DNA of 64,000 nucleotides from the NCBI RefSeq assembly GCF_009914755.1, contig NC_060934.1. One strand, given 5' to 3'. The translations under genes and the position numbers were made by a program. Under the pieces are notes generated by a model. The model searched no databases. It was given only the letters and a program-made list of their open reading frames with translations, and was not told where the DNA came from. This document shows positions 63,829 through 64,000 of the stretch, one piece after another (within the stretch, counting starts at the first letter, position 1; every line of letters starts with the position of its first letter). This DNA comes from the human T2T-CHM13v2.0 reference genome, Homo sapiens.

Positions 63829-64000
63829 TCACATAAAATAGAACCCAAGCAAAGGCTGCTTACTAGGCTCTTTCACGTGAACCCAGCCTAGAACGGCTTC
63901 CAGAACGGAGTGTGTGTGTGAGTGTGCATGTGAGTACCCGTGTGCTCTTGTGTGTGTAGGGCACATGTTCTCAGTAGCCGAGACCTCCCTCTCTCCCTCT

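Overview
Human/primate genomic DNA (Alu-dense) carrying most of the PALD1 gene (paladin, KIAA1274) on the + strand. Bases 1-33305 have no CpG island or coding exon and appear to be the distal part of the long first intron. Seventeen coding exons follow (numbered 2-18, assuming a non-coding exon 1 upstream of the window). They join with GT-AG boundaries into an open 2262-nt frame (aa 1-754, MGTTAS...IICTYRQ); no stop codon is reached, so the last exons lie downstream. The protein shows an internal tandem duplication of a PTP-like domain (CQMGVGR and CLSGQGR P-loops). The rest is Alus, old antisense L1s, MaLR LTRs, hAT DNA transposons and simple repeats. I found no new multi-gene system. The most unusual items are: (1) a young L1PA 3' fragment with a dense strand-specific A-to-G cluster, resembling retrotransposed ADAR-hyperedited RNA; (2) a 213-nt in-frame, stop-free intron 6 bracketed by a 10-nt direct repeat; (3) an ancient ~460-bp fold-back hairpin inside an L1; and (4) a 3'UTR-only HMGN1-like retrocopy placing a sense AATAAA just upstream of exon 18. 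Repeat family names and consensus comparisons are from memory, and repeat boundaries are approximate.
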